A stretch of 64,000 nucleotides of DNA from Eledone cirrhosa. Taxonomy: Eukaryota. The DNA is taken from positions 194,804,001 through 194,868,000 of the forward strand of contig OZ024740.1 in NCBI GenBank assembly GCA_964016885.1, given 5' to 3'. Under the pieces are notes generated by a model. That model was given only the letters and a program-made list of their open reading frames with translations, ran no database searches and was not told the origin of the DNA. Both the position numbers and the translations under genes were made by a program. Of this stretch, positions 42,805 through 56,232 are shown one piece after another. Positions within the stretch are counted from its first letter, which is position 1. Every line of letters starts with the position of its first letter.

Positions 42805-43880
42805 CATCATCACTGTAGCTATCCCCCACCACCACATCATCACTGTAGCTATCCCCCACCACCACATCATCACTGTAGCTATCCCCCACCACCACATCAT
42901 CACTGTAGCTATCCCCACCACCACATCATCACTGTAGCTATCCCCCACCACCACATCATCACTGTAGGTATCCTCCACCACCACATCATCACTGTAGCTA
43001 TCCCCCACCATCACTACCACCACCACCACATCATCACTGTAGCTATCCCCCACCACCACATCATCACTGTAGCTATCCCCCACCACCACATCATCACTGT
43101 AGCTATCCCCCACCACCACATCATCACTGTAGCTATCCCCCACCACCACATCATCACTGTAGGTATCCCCCACCACCACATCATCACTGTAGATATCCCC
43201 ACCATCACATCATCACTGTAGCTATCCCCCACCACCACATCATCACTGTAGATATCCCCCACCATCACATCATCACTGTAGCTATCCTCCACCATCACAT
43301 CATCACTGTAGCTATCCTCCACCACCACATCATCACTGTAGCTATCCCCCACCACCACATCATCACTGTAGCTATCCTCCACCACCACATCATCACTGTA
43401 GCTATCCCCCACCATCACATCATCACTAGCTATCCCCCACCACCACATCATCACTGTAGATATCCCCCACCACCACATCATCACTGTAGTTATCCTCCAC
43501 CATCACATCATCACTGTAGCTATCCCCCACCACCACATCATCACTGTAGCTATCCCCCACCACCACATCATCACTGTAGCTATCCCCCACCACCACATCA
43601 TCACTGTAGATATCCCCCACCACGGCATCATCACTGTAGCTATGCCCCACCATCACATCATCACTGTAGCTATCCTCCACCACCACATCATCACTGTAGC
43701 TATCCTCCACCACCACATCATCACTGTAGCTATCCCCCACCACCACATCATCACTGTAGCTATCCCCCACCACCACATCATCACTGTAGCTATCCTCCAC
43801 CATCACATCATCACTGTAGCTATCCCCCACCACCGCATCATCACTGTAGCTATCCCCTGCCACCACATTATCATTGTAGT
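42805..43880. repeat. 30-bp minisatellite, ~35 copies
   Basis: Unit CATCATCACTGTAGCTATCCCCCACCACCA with recurrent variants; embedded in decayed (CAT/CAC)n at 42220-44290. Confidence 0.97.
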
Positions 43881-44918
43881 TATCACCACCATCACTACCA
43901 ATATCACCACCATCATCATCACTGTAGCTATCCCCCTCCATCACCATCATCACTGTAGATATCCCCACCAGTACAACAATCATCAACATCATCACTGTAG
44001 TTATCCCCCTCCATCACCATCACTACAAATACTACCATCAGCATCACTACCAATACCACCATCATCACTATAGTTATCTCCACCATCACCACCACAACGA
44101 CCACCACTATCACCACCAACACCATTAACACCATCACAACCACCATCACCACCAACAGCACCACCACCACCACCAACAGCACCACCACCAACACCATCAC
44201 AACCACCACCATCACCACCACTGCAGCCATCACCACCACCGCAGCCATCACCACCACAACCATTACCACCAACACCAACACCATCACAACTAACACTATC
44301 CAAATGTTTCTTGGCTTCACTACTATATAATCATTTTTAGGCATGCACGCCCAAACACACACACACACACACACAAAGTGGTCAACTATTTACAAAGGTG
44401 TAGTTCAGGATTTTGAAAGGATAAACATATTGGGTTTGTATTTCTCCAATTAACAGATTGCTGTTAAGTACACAAACGTAATCTACAAACTGATCGGTTT
44501 GTCGCTTCTGAGAGTTTTTATTTGCATATTATTAATTACATTTCCAGCCTACAATGCCACTACTGCCACTACAGTCATCACTGCCACTACAGCCATCACC
44601 ACCAACTACCACCAACACCACTACTACATAACTCAACCACCATTATCCAATCATAGATAACATTCTAACTTTCATTAAGTGATTACCTGCATGTAGGAGT
44701 TAATGTCCACATTCTGTTGATGTTCTTCTCTAACACTTTATATTTCAAAACACATTTATTACATACATGTACATATATATAATTCCTTTTTTTGTGTGTG
44801 TGTGTGTGTGTGTACATGTGTAATATTCTTTATTATGGCTAAGTGATGGGCCATGTTACTCTGGATTTTCATCTATGTACTCACAGGATCATCAAACAAG
44901 ACTCATATAATATACATA

Positions 44919-44972
<54 letters not shown>

Positions 44973-45387
44973 TTCTACACATAGATGATGGCATAACTTG
45001 ATTTCAAGTAATGCCATTGCTTGATACTTAAGCATGAGCATCACAGACGTTATGTTTTAGTCCTGCTAGGGACTTGCCTAGGGTCAACAATGCCATGCAA
45101 AGTTGAACTGGTCTACATGATTGGATGCAAATGAAGTCGCAGGTTTTATATCAGAGTGACTTTCTCCAAGAGAGATGTCTTAATGAAGACTAGGAGTCTT
45201 ATGCTGCACAAAAAAAAAACCCCAAAACATTACTGTGTGTACAGGGTGAAGTATTCCTGCCACCAGCACTAGAGAGCTTGCCTTACTGGACACAAGAGTC
45301 TTCTCCACGCTGTCTTAGTTTTTATTTAGCGTATTTGCTTTCCTAGATGTGTTGCCTTTACTACAGCTTACGGAGCCCATGTCTACT

Positions 45388-45458
<71 letters not shown>

Positions 45459-45667
45459 CAACACATATTAAAAGTTTAAGCAAACAATTTAAGCATCATA
45501 TTGATACCCTGTGGTATGCAGACCAGTCTGATTACATTACAACTTGGAAAGTAAACTACAATGAGTGCTCAATCCTGTCTATACATTGGTTAGGTTGATC
45601 AATGAGTACAACTTGAAAACCAACAACGGATTAATGAACACAATATATAGAATATATATATAGAGAG

Positions 45668-46735
45668 ATTTTATATGTGGCCGGTGCTCAGGTGCAATAA
45701 GTAGCAGCAAGTGCCCACAGAATACTAGCTCACTCCATTGCACAGATGGTTCTATAGAAATAGTGGATACCTTCCGTTACCTGGGTGACAAAATCACCAG
45801 TGGTGGAGGGTGCTCTGAAAGTACGGTAGCTAGAATCAGAATGGGATGGAAAAAGTTCAGAGAGCTTATACCACTATTAGCCGCTAAAGGGTTCTCTCTG
45901 AAAATGAAAGGCAGGCTGTATGATGCCTGCATACGAACAGCAATGTTGCATGGCAGTGAGACCTGGGCATTGTGTGTAGAGGATATACACAGACTGGAGA
46001 GGAACAAAGCTTGCATGCTCCGCTGGATGTGTAATAGTAATATACGTGAACGGCAAAGCATAAATGAACTAAGGGAGAAATTAGGAATAAGAGGAATCAG
46101 ATGCTGTTTACTCGAGAGAAGGCTACGTTGGTATGGTCACGTGATGCGCATGAAAGACGACAGCTGTAAAAAAAAGTGCAGGGCGATAAAAATAGATGGT
46201 AGCCACGGAGTAGGCAGACCCAGAAAAACCTGGGACGACTTGATAAATTCCGACCTCACACACTTACACCTCTCCAAGACAATGTCACTGGACCGAGATC
46301 TTTGGCGCTACACAGTAATAGAGAAGACCCGCCTTACCTAAATACAAAGTAAAACCTACTACAGTCAGTAGGCACCTCTAACAAAATACACACCCGTCCC
46401 ACTACCCTCACCCCATCCACACCACCCCTTTCAATGTAAAGTTATGTTGGTACCACAACATCCACGCCAAAACAAATGAGGTCGTGTAGGTGTCACGACA
46501 AAAAAAACACACAATCCACGCTGAAATGTGGCCGTGTAGATAACACGGTAAAAACCTCCCAGTCCACACTGTAAACGTGGTTGGTGTTAGGAAGGGCATC
46601 CAGCTGTAGAAAACATGCCAGACAGTCCTATGCGAGCAAGACAACCAATCTTGCCTCAAGTGGGAAAATTACCGTCCAAACCCATGCAAGCGTGGAAAAT
46701 GGACGTTAAACGATGATGATGATGATGATGATGAT
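45668..46735 (+). mobile_element. 5'-truncated RTE LINE
   Basis: ORF 45763-46341 FRYLG..HGSETW..GRPRKTW; 3'UTR; (GAT)n tail. Confidence 0.93.
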
Positions 46736-48239
46736 ATATATATATAGGGTGAATGAGAGAAAGTGGGGAGGAGGTAAGAAACGAAGCTGATTATGAATAT
46801 CAACAATATGGCTGTTGGGAAAATATCTCTGCAAAAGTATCTGTCTATGAAAAACAAATCTCATAAGGTTTCACATGTGTATTATATGCAATATACTGAG
46901 TTGATAAAAAACCCACTGAATAACTGAGATTATCCAAGCAGTTAACAGAAAAAAAGCTCCCTGTGTGGAGTGTGAAGGGGTTAAATATAAAGACAAATGA
47001 GATACCTCTAATAAGATCAGTTGTGTAACAATTTTGAACAATATAGACAATGAAGATAGGGGAAGTTAGCCATGCTTGTGTCTTTAGTTTGGGGACAATA
47101 TCAAATTCTGCAGAGGAGTATATTAACAAATAGTATATTACTGGTATATAGGTGTCAAATTGGCAGAGTCATTAGAACATCGGATAGAATGCTTTATGGT
47201 ATTCATTCCGGCTCTCTGCTCTCTGAGTTCAAATCCTGCCGAGGTCAACTTTGTCTTTCATCCTATCAAAGTTAATAAAAAAAAGTACCAGTCTAGTAGT
47301 GTGGTTGATTCTTCCTCTCTCTGGAAGAAAGCTGCTGTAGTCAGGCCTGGAGAGGGATGGGCTCTGCCAGGCTTAAAATGTCCAAGAAATGGTGTATGTC
47401 AATACGGCACCCCTAAGACTCTAACAGGAGTTACAGGATCATACATATTACTGGTGCATAATTTGCCAACACTAGATTAGTACAAAAAAGTGACAGCAGA
47501 ACCATGATATTTATGTGGCATGACTAAATGCAATAAAATAAATTGAAACAATACTCTATCATTTATGTTCAACCTGACCGCCTTTTATTTTTATCAAATA
47601 TTGCTTTGTACGCTTTCCCCGTGGTTGTTCTGCATGATAATTTCTGTTTAACCTGTCCAAGTGCAATGCAGAATTATAAACAACATTTGAACTTTTGCCA
47701 AAAGAAATACCAATTAAAATCACCCACGTCTAAATCTATTGCCTTTTAAGATAAGATAAAAGTTGAAAGAGAAAAAATATTTATTCTTTCAAGATCAAAA
47801 AGCACAATGAAAAAATAAAACCTAGAGAGGAAGTAAATAGATGAAAAAAAATCAGAGATTCTACAAAGATCATAAAGATACTGCAAAGTACTTTGTGAGA
47901 AGGCTATATTATAGCCAATGAAGCATAAATCTAAGGTACAGTTATTTCTGCTGGGAAAGTATTTTAAAGAGAAGATGGATATTACAATTGGCACATCAGT
48001 AAGATTTCCAGAATATATGTACTTTTATTCTTTCACTGCTTTCAGTCATTGGACTGCGGCTGTGCTGTGGCACTCACTGCAAATGTTGATCATATTGACC
48101 CCAATAATGGGTAGTTTTTATATAAAATTTTGACATAGAGGGATGCAATTAAACACAATGCTTTTAGTAACAGTATACATAAAAATACACACAGACATAA
48201 CATTTCTCTCTATCTCTCTCTCTATATATATATATATAT

Positions 48240-49070
48240 ATCATCATCATCATCATCATCATCATCATCGTTTAACGTCCATATTCCATGCTTGCATGGG
48301 TTTGGACGGGAGTTTTCCCACTTGAGGCAAGAGTGGTTGTCTTGCTCGCATAGGACTGTCTGGCGGGTTTTCTACGGCTGGATGCCCTTCCTAACACCAA
48401 CTACATTTACAGTGTGGAACTGGGAGGTTTTTACCGTGTTACCTACACGGCCACATTTCAGCGTGGACTGTGTTTTTTTGTCGTGACACCTACACGACCT
48501 CATTTGTTTCGGCCTGGATGTTGTGGTACCAACATAACTTTACATTGAAAGGGGCGGTGTAGATGGGGTGAGGGTAGTGGGACGGGTGTGTATTTTGTTA
48601 GAGGTGCCTACTGACTGTAGTAGGTTTTACTTTGTATTTAGGTAAGGGGGGTCTTCTCTATTACTGTGTAGCGCCAAAGATCTCGGTCCAGTGACATTGT
48701 CTTGGAGAGGTGTAAGTGTGTGAGGTCGGAATTTATCTGGTCGTCCCAGGTTTTTCTGGGTCTGCCTACTCCGTGGCTACCGTCTATTTTTATTGCCCTG
48801 CACTTTGTTATACAGCTGTCGTCTTTCATGCGCATCACGTGACCATACCAACGTAGCCTTCTCTCGAGTAAACAACATCTGATCCCTCTTATTTCTAATT
48901 TTTCCCTTAGTTCGTTTATGCTTTGCCGTTCACGTATATTACTATTACACATCCAGCGGAGCATGCAAGCTTCGTTCCTCTCTAGTCTGCGTATATCCTC
49001 TGCACAAAATAACCCATGCTAGCGTGGAAGATGGATGTTAAACGAAGATGATGATGATGATGATGATGAT
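48240..49070 (-). mobile_element. 5'-truncated RTE LINE (-) fused to a second, inverted RTE 3' tail (+, 49011-49070)
   Basis: (CAT)n at left end, ORF 48638-48964, then AACCCATGCTAGCGTGGAAGATGGATGTTAAACG and (GAT)n at right end. Confidence 0.9.
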
Positions 49071-49084
49071 ATATATATATATAT

Positions 49085-49320
49085 ATTAAAATATCAGATT
49101 AAAGTTTAAGCAAAGTATCGCTGCTTTCACCCTTAACTGGATCTTCTGAAACTTGTTTTTTTTTAGTTTCAGAAGATCCCGTTAAGGGTGAAAGCAGCGA
49201 TTCTTTGCTTAAACTTTAATCTGTTATTTTGATAAATATATATATATATATATATATATTTATCCTTATCGAACCCTCTTTCGATTTTAATCTTCACATT
49301 TATTATTATTACTATATATA
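49085..49320. mobile_element. Fold-back copy of the same TA-targeting element
   Basis: ~70-bp arms around a T-rich loop (49085-49235), followed by the family tail TTTATCCTTATCGA..CCCTCTTT..ATTTT..TCTTCA; tail-only copy at 58215-58310. Confidence 0.8.
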
Positions 49321-49328
49321 TATATATT

Positions 49329-49778
49329 ATCATCATCATCATCACCGTTTTACATTCGTTCCTCCATGATAACATGGGTTAGACAGGTTGTCCTGCTGTG
49401 GGCAGTGTCCAGTCGGCTGACCTTGTCTTACTCATACGGGAACTGATTCTAGCTTGATTTCTACAGCTGGATGCCCTTCCTAACACCAACCTCATTTACA
49501 GTGAGTGCTGGGTGCTTTTTTTTTTTCCGTGTCACCTACACGTTCACTTTACAGTGTGGGCTGCATGCTTTTTTGCCGTGGCACCTCCATGGCCACTTTG
49601 TAGTGGAAAAATAGGGACCCCAGTCCTATCATCTCATTTCTACTGCTGAGTAAACTGGAACAATGTGAAATAAAGTGTCTTGCTCAAGGAAACAACACAT
49701 CACCCGGTCCGAGAATTGAACTCACAACCTTTCGATTGCAAGCCCAATGCTCTAACCACTAAGCCATGCGCCTTCACA
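49329..49778 (-). mobile_element. tRNA-derived SINE with RTE-derived 3' tail
   Basis: A box TGGCTTAGTGG, B box GAGTTCAATTC, central CCTTGAGCAAGACACTT domain, then ~270 bp matching the 3'UTR of the 11055/30791 LINE subfamily and (GAT)n. Confidence 0.85.
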
Positions 49779-49827
49779 GGCGTGATACCACTTCCAACGT
49801 GGTTGTGCATGTCAATCCTGTTCATGA

Positions 49828-49859
<32 letters not shown>

Positions 49860-50127
49860 GTATGATAACACACAAACACACACACAAACATATACACACG
49901 TGCACACATATAGCTCTATATACAAAAGGGTTTCTTTCCATTTCAGATAGCCGTGCTCCATCATCAACTTTTCTAGAAAGGTATATTATACACAAAACAC
50001 TAGCATTAACAGTTTTCCAAGAGATGGCAATATCAATGGACCTGTTATTTTTCTTGAAAAATATTTTTCCGATTCCACCCTAACCATTCCCCTCAATCTT
50101 TCTATTTCTTCTTTAATTTCTCATTCT

Positions 50128-50165
50128 TTCTTTTGATGAAGGACTGGTATCCGAAACGTTAACAC
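50128..50165 (+). ncRNA. Degenerate minimal hammerhead in a Penelope-like 3' end/pLTR remnant
   Basis: UUGAUGA-a-GGA-cuggua-UCC-GAAA-CGUU; stem I only 2 bp. More decayed relatives at ~22200 (+) and ~59175-59210 (-) share the downstream TCAAGC(G/A)TTAAACTAATATA tail. Confidence 0.5.
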
Positions 50166-50337
50166 CCTTTTCCTGCTATTTCAAGCGTTAAACTAATATA
50201 TTCCTTCAATGTACTGTGCTGTTTATTTTATTATTTCTGTTTACCTTTTACATACATATATATATATAAATCAGTTTGAAACTGGTTAGACCATTACTCA
50301 ACATAGTACTTGATACTTGGGGTAGTAGAGTATGGTT

Positions 50338-50462
50338 ATATTATAAAGAGTCAGGACCCCAACGGCTGAGCTCTTGCCATTTTAACAGCCAGTTCCAGAC
50401 ACTGGAACTGTCTGTTGAAATGGCTGGAGCTAAGCCATCCAGGCCCTAACTCATTATAAAAT
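50338..50462. repeat. Decayed ~125-bp hairpin (fold-back/MITE-like)
   Basis: GCCATTTTAACAGCCAGTTCCAG-ACA-CTGGAACTGTCTGTTGAAATGGC core, with imperfect pairing extending to both ends; abuts a TA tract. Confidence 0.7.
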
Positions 50463-51138
50463 ATATATATATATATATATTGTAGGTGTCATGAACAAAA
50501 GCACCCAGCACACACTGTAAATGTGGTTGGCATTGGGAAAGGTATCCAGTCATAGAAAACCAGCCTCAAAACACCCAGCACACACTGTCAATGTGGTTGG
50601 GTTTAGGGACAGGCATCCAGCCATAGAAAACCAGCCAGAAACTCTCCTATATGAGCAAGACATGGTCACCTGACTCAACTTACCTCTAACTGGGACAAAC
50701 CCATCTAACCCATGCTAGTATAGAAGATAGAAGATAGACGTCAATCGATGATGATGATATATAGTTTCTCGCTATGAAATTTCCTCACAAAGCATTAGTC
50801 ATATGGAGGCTATAATAGAAATCACTTGCCCAAAGTGCAATGCATTGGCATATAAAACAAGACCACATAAATAAAAGTAAACTATTTAATCACTCAGTCG
50901 TATCTGCACCTACATATAGATGTATAATTTTGAACTTGGTGACCTATTTTCTTTGTTAATCTATGCTCCGTGATTGTAAATCTAAGATGAACATAAGTAT
51001 ACTAGCTGGATTTACCTCTGAAATACCCCTCGCTATTCTAGATATTGAATAAACCACATTTGAGCTTTAAATAAATATCTGAATGCCTTACTGTTGTTTT
51101 ATCAACTTATAGAATTGACTATATATATATATATATAC

Positions 51139-52717
51139 ATTATCTGGTGGGCTCTTAGAAAACTAGGTGTTGATGAATGGCTTGTGAGAGCTATAGCCAT
51201 GTATAAAGAAACAGTCAGCAAGGTTAGAATTAACAACGAATATAGTGAAGAGTTTAGCGTAAAAGTTGGTGTTCATCAGGGCTCTGTTCTTAGCCCCCTA
51301 CTATTTATGATTGCCCTTCAGGCTATAACAGTGGAGTTCAAGACCGGCTGCCCATGGGAACTCCTATACGCAGATGATCTAACGCTCATAGCTGAATCAA
51401 TGGCCGAGCTAGAGAAGAAATTCCAAACATGGAAGCACGGCCTAGAATCAAAAGGCCTTAAAATTAACCTGGCTAAGACTAAAGTTCTAGTTTGTAGGAA
51501 AGAAAATAAGGCGCCGGTCCCTTCTGGGAAATGGCCATGCACAGTGTGTAGGAAAGGCGTAGGTAGAAACTCCATTTTATGTCCCAAATGCAAAGTATGG
51601 GTGCATAAAAGATGTAGTCGGATCACAGGTAAGCTAACTAAGAACATAGATTTTACATGTGGCCGGTGCTCTGGTACAATAAGTAGCAGCAAGTGCCCAC
51701 AAAATACCAGCTCTTTCAATTGCGCAGAGGGTTCTATAGAAATAGTAGACAGCTTCTGTTACCTGGGTGAAAAAATCAGCAGTGGGGGAGGGTGCTCTGA
51801 AAGTACAGTAGCTAGAGTCAGAACTGGATGGAAAAAGTTCAGAGAGCTTATACCACTATTAGCCGCTAAAGGGTTCTGCCTAAAAATGAAAAGCAGGCTG
51901 TATGATGCCTGCATACGAACAGCAATGTTGCATGGCAGTGAGACCTGGGCATTGTGTGCAGAGGATATACGCAGACTAGAGAGGAACGAAGCTTGCATGC
52001 TCCGCTGGATGTGTAATAGTAATATACGTGAACGGCAAAGCATAAACGAACTAAGGGAAAAATTAGAAATAAGAGGGATCAGATGTTTACTCGAGAGAAG
52101 GCTACGTTGGTATGATCACGTGATGTGCATGAAAGACGACAGCTGTATAAAAAAGTGCAGGGCAATAAAGATAGACGGTAGCCACAGAGTAGGCAGACCC
52201 AGAAAAACCTGGGACGACCAGATAAATTCCGACCTCACACACTTACACCTCTCCAAGACAATGTCACTGGACCGAGATCTTTGGCGGTACTCAGTAGCAG
52301 AGAAGACCCGCCTTACCTAAATACAAAGTAAAACCTACTACAGTCAGTAGGCATCTCTAACAAAATACACCCCCGTCCCACCACCCCCACCCCATCCACA
52401 CCACCCCTTTCAATGTAAAGTTATGTTGGTGCCACAACATCCAGGCCGAAACAAATGAGATCGTGTAGGTGACACAACAAAAAAACACACAGTCCACGCT
52501 GTAATGTGGCCGTGTAGGCAACACGGTAAAAACCTCCCAGTCCCACACTGTAAATGTGGTTGGTGTTAGGAAGGGCATCCAGCTGTAGAAAACCCGCCAG
52601 ACAGTCCTATGCGAGCAAGACAACCACTCTTGCCTCAAGTGGGAAAACTCCCGTCCAAACCCATGCAAGCGTGGAACATGGACGTTAAACGATGATGATG
52701 ATGATGATGATGATGAT
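51139..52717 (+). mobile_element. Young 5'-truncated RTE LINE with open RT C-half
   Basis: ORF 51094-52320 open from IIWWALRKLG through YADD and the Cys/His finger to the native stop; full 3'UTR; (GAT)n tail; TA tracts at both ends. Confidence 0.95.
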
Positions 52718-53112
52718 ATATATGTGTGTGTGTGTGTATAAACAGACATTAAATGATGATGAGGTTGATAGTGGGGGGGGGGGGTATCACAACTATTTAA
52801 ATTGATACAGTGTTATATTAACTGAAGACCACCTAAGTCAATGAGGCAACACTTGTTTCTCTTTCTGTAATATTCCATGATTAATTTAAGAAATTGTGAG
52901 TTATGAAAGGATTACATCTGTGAAATTGTATTGAATTAAATCTGAGGTTCATTAACAAAGTATCTCATGTAAAGTAAGGATGTTTAGGGGACAAAAGTTT
53001 GCAAAGTGGAGCTACATAAGTTCATGCACATGCATGGCTTTTGGTGAGCCCACCGGATACATAGGTTTTTGTTAGACAGTCAGCAAATAAGGTACATTTT
53101 CCTTTCACTCAT

Positions 53113-54085
53113 TATGATAGAACTTGTGGAGCAAGGATCTTGCATCAGGTTTTGTCAAAAACTTGGAGACACCCAAGCAGAAACAGTAAAATTCAACAGC
53201 CTTTGAATGTCAATGCCATGGCAATACCCAAATAAAAGAATGGTACAACAGGTTAGAAAATAGCTGCACATCAGTGGAGAAAGACTAGCATTCCCTGATG
53301 CCATCAACAAGTTGGAATGCAGTTGTTATTGAGAACCATGTGCAGACTTTAATAATGGAGGATGGTCATGTGACAAGGTTACAAGTAGTAAAGATTTTGC
53401 ACATGCAATTTTAAAGGAGAACTTGGGCATGTGCAGAGCTGCTTTCTTAGGAACAACAAAAGCCTTCTTTGGGGTTGTGCAGGCTCTGCTGAATACTACC
53501 AACAAGGATCCTGAATTTCTGAATATTATGATAACTGGAGATGAGATGTGGGTGTATGGGCATGACATGGAAACTAAAGCATGACAGTGGAAGCAAAAAT
53601 GTCACCAAATCTCAGAAAACATATCAGGTGCAGAGCAAAATCAAGGTGATGCTGAGTGCTTACTTTGACTACTGAGGTGTTGTGCATCATGAATACACAT
53701 CAGAAGGACAAACAATTACATGAAGTACTACCAGGAAGTCCTTCAATGTCTTTGAGGTGAGGTTTGGCACAAGAGATAAGATCTGTGGATCTCACAAGTC
53801 TGGTAGCTACATCATGACCTCAGCTCATTCATCCCAGCTGGTCCAATGTTTCTTGTCAAAGAAAGGCATTACACTCATTCGTCAGGCTCCCATACTCTCC
53901 AGACATTGTTTCTTCTGATTTCCGGTTGTTTCAAAATATGAAGATACCATTGAATGGCTGCCACTTTGAGAGCCAAGTGGATATCAACAGCAAAGTTGAG
54001 AACCATTGAAAACATGCTTCAAACAGTAGAAGGATCAGAAAACTAAGTGTGTGGAGGTACACGAGGCCTACTTCAAAGTGGATTA
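53113..54085 (+). pseudogene. Decayed mariner transposase
   Basis: Across frameshifts: CIRFCQKLG, ITGDEMWVYGHD, KVML..FDY.GVVHHEY..EGQTI, LHHD, QAPYSPDI.SSDF.LF. Confidence 0.88.
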
Positions 54086-55299
54086 ACAATTGAACCTCCA
54101 CCAAGTATGTAATTCTTTTCCTTAGCTTATTCAACATTGTATTTGGCAATTATTCTTTTTTCAACCTACACATTATGCTAATATATTCATTTTTATTTAA
54201 AATTCCATCAATTTTATTATATATAAAAAAGATATAAACATCACAAGTATGATATTTGCATCAGCTTATTTGATGTATTTGTATAACTTTAAAATGTATT
54301 ACATTGATATATGTAGTTGAAATTCACATTCCACATTTTAACTTTTTCATTCAGTGTATTCTTTTACTTGTATTAAGTATCAAATTGTCTCTGTATTTGT
54401 TCCAGATCACTGCACTTTGAGTTCAAATCCCACCAAGGTCAACTTTACCCTTCATCCTTTTGATTTTGATAAATAAATTACCAGTTCAATACTGGGGTTG
54501 ATTCTTATTTTGTCTCTTTTTACTATTTTCTCTTTTAAGGAGCTTATTCTGTCATTTCAATGCTATCACTTAATTTTTCTATACAGTTCTATTTTATAAA
54601 TATTTTGTGTTGAACCACTAAGTTACAGAATATAAACACAAACAGACAAATGGCTTCTGAAGTTTCCATCTACTAAATTTGACTCATAAGGCACTGGTCA
54701 ATGTGTAGCTAAAGTAAAAGGCACTTGTCTAAGGTGCCAAGCTGTGGGAGTGAACCCAAGACCATGTGATTGCAAAGTGAAGTGCGTAACCACACAGGTA
54801 TAGATATAAAGCTATACCAGTGATTCAAGGTCCAGGATATTTTACTTCCACACATTCTTCAAAACTGGTGTTTTTATGAGAATGAGGAAGCCAGTTAGTT
54901 GGATATATTTACACACTGTTATTTTTAGTTTTTATATTAGAATTTCCCTATGATAGGACAAGATTTTGTGTGGCTAGATGTTTGTTTTTGATACCAAATC
55001 ATACCTTATTTTTAGGTATGGTATATACTGCTAACATTCATCTACCTGCTACACTGCAGGAGGTATTTTTTATGAGAGATATAAACAATATCAGTGATTC
55101 TCTTTATTTATGTCTACAAATACACTTACAAGGTACTGGTCAGCCCAGGGGTATAGAAGAAAATACTGCATGCAGTGTGGAACAATCTGACACCATGAAA
55201 TGCCTATAACATGGGATATAGAATCTGTGTATTGAACAAAATTACCCTATGTTCTTTAGTTCTAGTTTATGCATCTTTTCATTCATATGAGTATATACT

Positions 55300-55726
55300 A
55301 AGGGCGGTGGAAGCATTTCTGAATTGGAGGGGCCAAATTTAGTCAATTTAGTTGTAGTGATTAGTTTAGCTGTTTGGATTGGCAGAATCGTTAGAGCGTC
55401 AGACACCATGCTTTGCAGCATAGAGCTTTGGCCCTTTATGTTCTGAGTTCAAATCCTGCCAAGGTTAGCTTTGCCTGTCATCCTTATCGGGTTGATAAAA
55501 TAAAGTACCAGTAATGCACTGGCATAATTGCTGGCCTTGTGCCAAAAGTAGAAACAATTATCAAATATCAACAAAGATATAAAAAAATTTGATATGCGAT
55601 AAACATAACATATACATAAATTGCAGTGCGTATAGAAATAGATGAGTGTTTTGGTAGCTTAGGAAGAGAAAAATATAAATATCAGGAGGGGGGGGGGGGC
55701 GTCCCCCATCCGTTTCACCGACCCTG
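55300..55726. mobile_element. Possible MITE with a nested SINE (55375-55560)
   Basis: Termini AGGGCGGTGGAA / TTCACCGACCCTG, flanked by TATACT on both sides. Confidence 0.4.
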
Positions 55727-55954
55727 TATACTCACATATACACCAATAAATATGTGACAAAGAAATCAATGGTAAAATGGGGGATGGCTTATATTTGAGG
55801 TCAATACTTTTCTGATTTTCAACTTGTTTAAATTCTATGTGAATGAGGTGCTAAAATATTTTTGCTTTGGAGGTGAATATTATACACTTTCAACATCTAA
55901 TTCCTATTGTTTTTTTTAATGTATTTTGAATGACTATAGCATTCAAAATGGACA

Positions 55955-56232
55955 GAAATTGATAAAAAATCATTATGTACTGGAGATCTGAAACAAAAAC
56001 TATACTGTAAATGATACTTGAAACATTTTAAAAATATCAAAATGATAAAACTTCATAAATAAATTTTCTACTTATGAGAATTTTAAAAACGCATGAAATT
56101 TGGTAAAAAGTCATTATGTACTAGAGTTCTGAAACAAAAACCATACTCTAAATGACACTTAAAACATTTTGAATATGAAAATATTAAAATTTATTAAATA
56201 TATTTTCCACTCGTGAACATTTCAAAACTGCA
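55955..56232. repeat. ~140-bp diverged tandem duplication
   Basis: TCATTATGTACT.GAG.TCTGAAACAAAAAC.ATACT.TAAATGA.ACTT.AAACATTTT occurs twice. Confidence 0.85.

Noticed and set aside
42802-43995. ORFs encoding (DSYSDDVVVG)n or His-rich repeats; CRISPR-like regularity
   Set aside because: Pure tandem units with no unique spacers, frame-breaking indels and no splice evidence; eukaryotic context with no cas genes.
47543-47749. ORF containing AFPVVVLHD, reminiscent of PDSS2 SAPVVLHQ
   Set aside because: Wrong strand and no further similarity.
49169-49205. CAGAAGA-UCCC-GUUAA-GGGU-GAAA hammerhead-like core in the fold-back element
   Set aside because: Core U4 is A in both arms and stems I/III cannot be formed; at best a derived relic.
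49700-49778. tRNA-Cys-like sequence (GCA loop, A and B boxes)
   Set aside because: No proper acceptor stem and it continues into a SINE core and LINE tail, so it is a SINE head.
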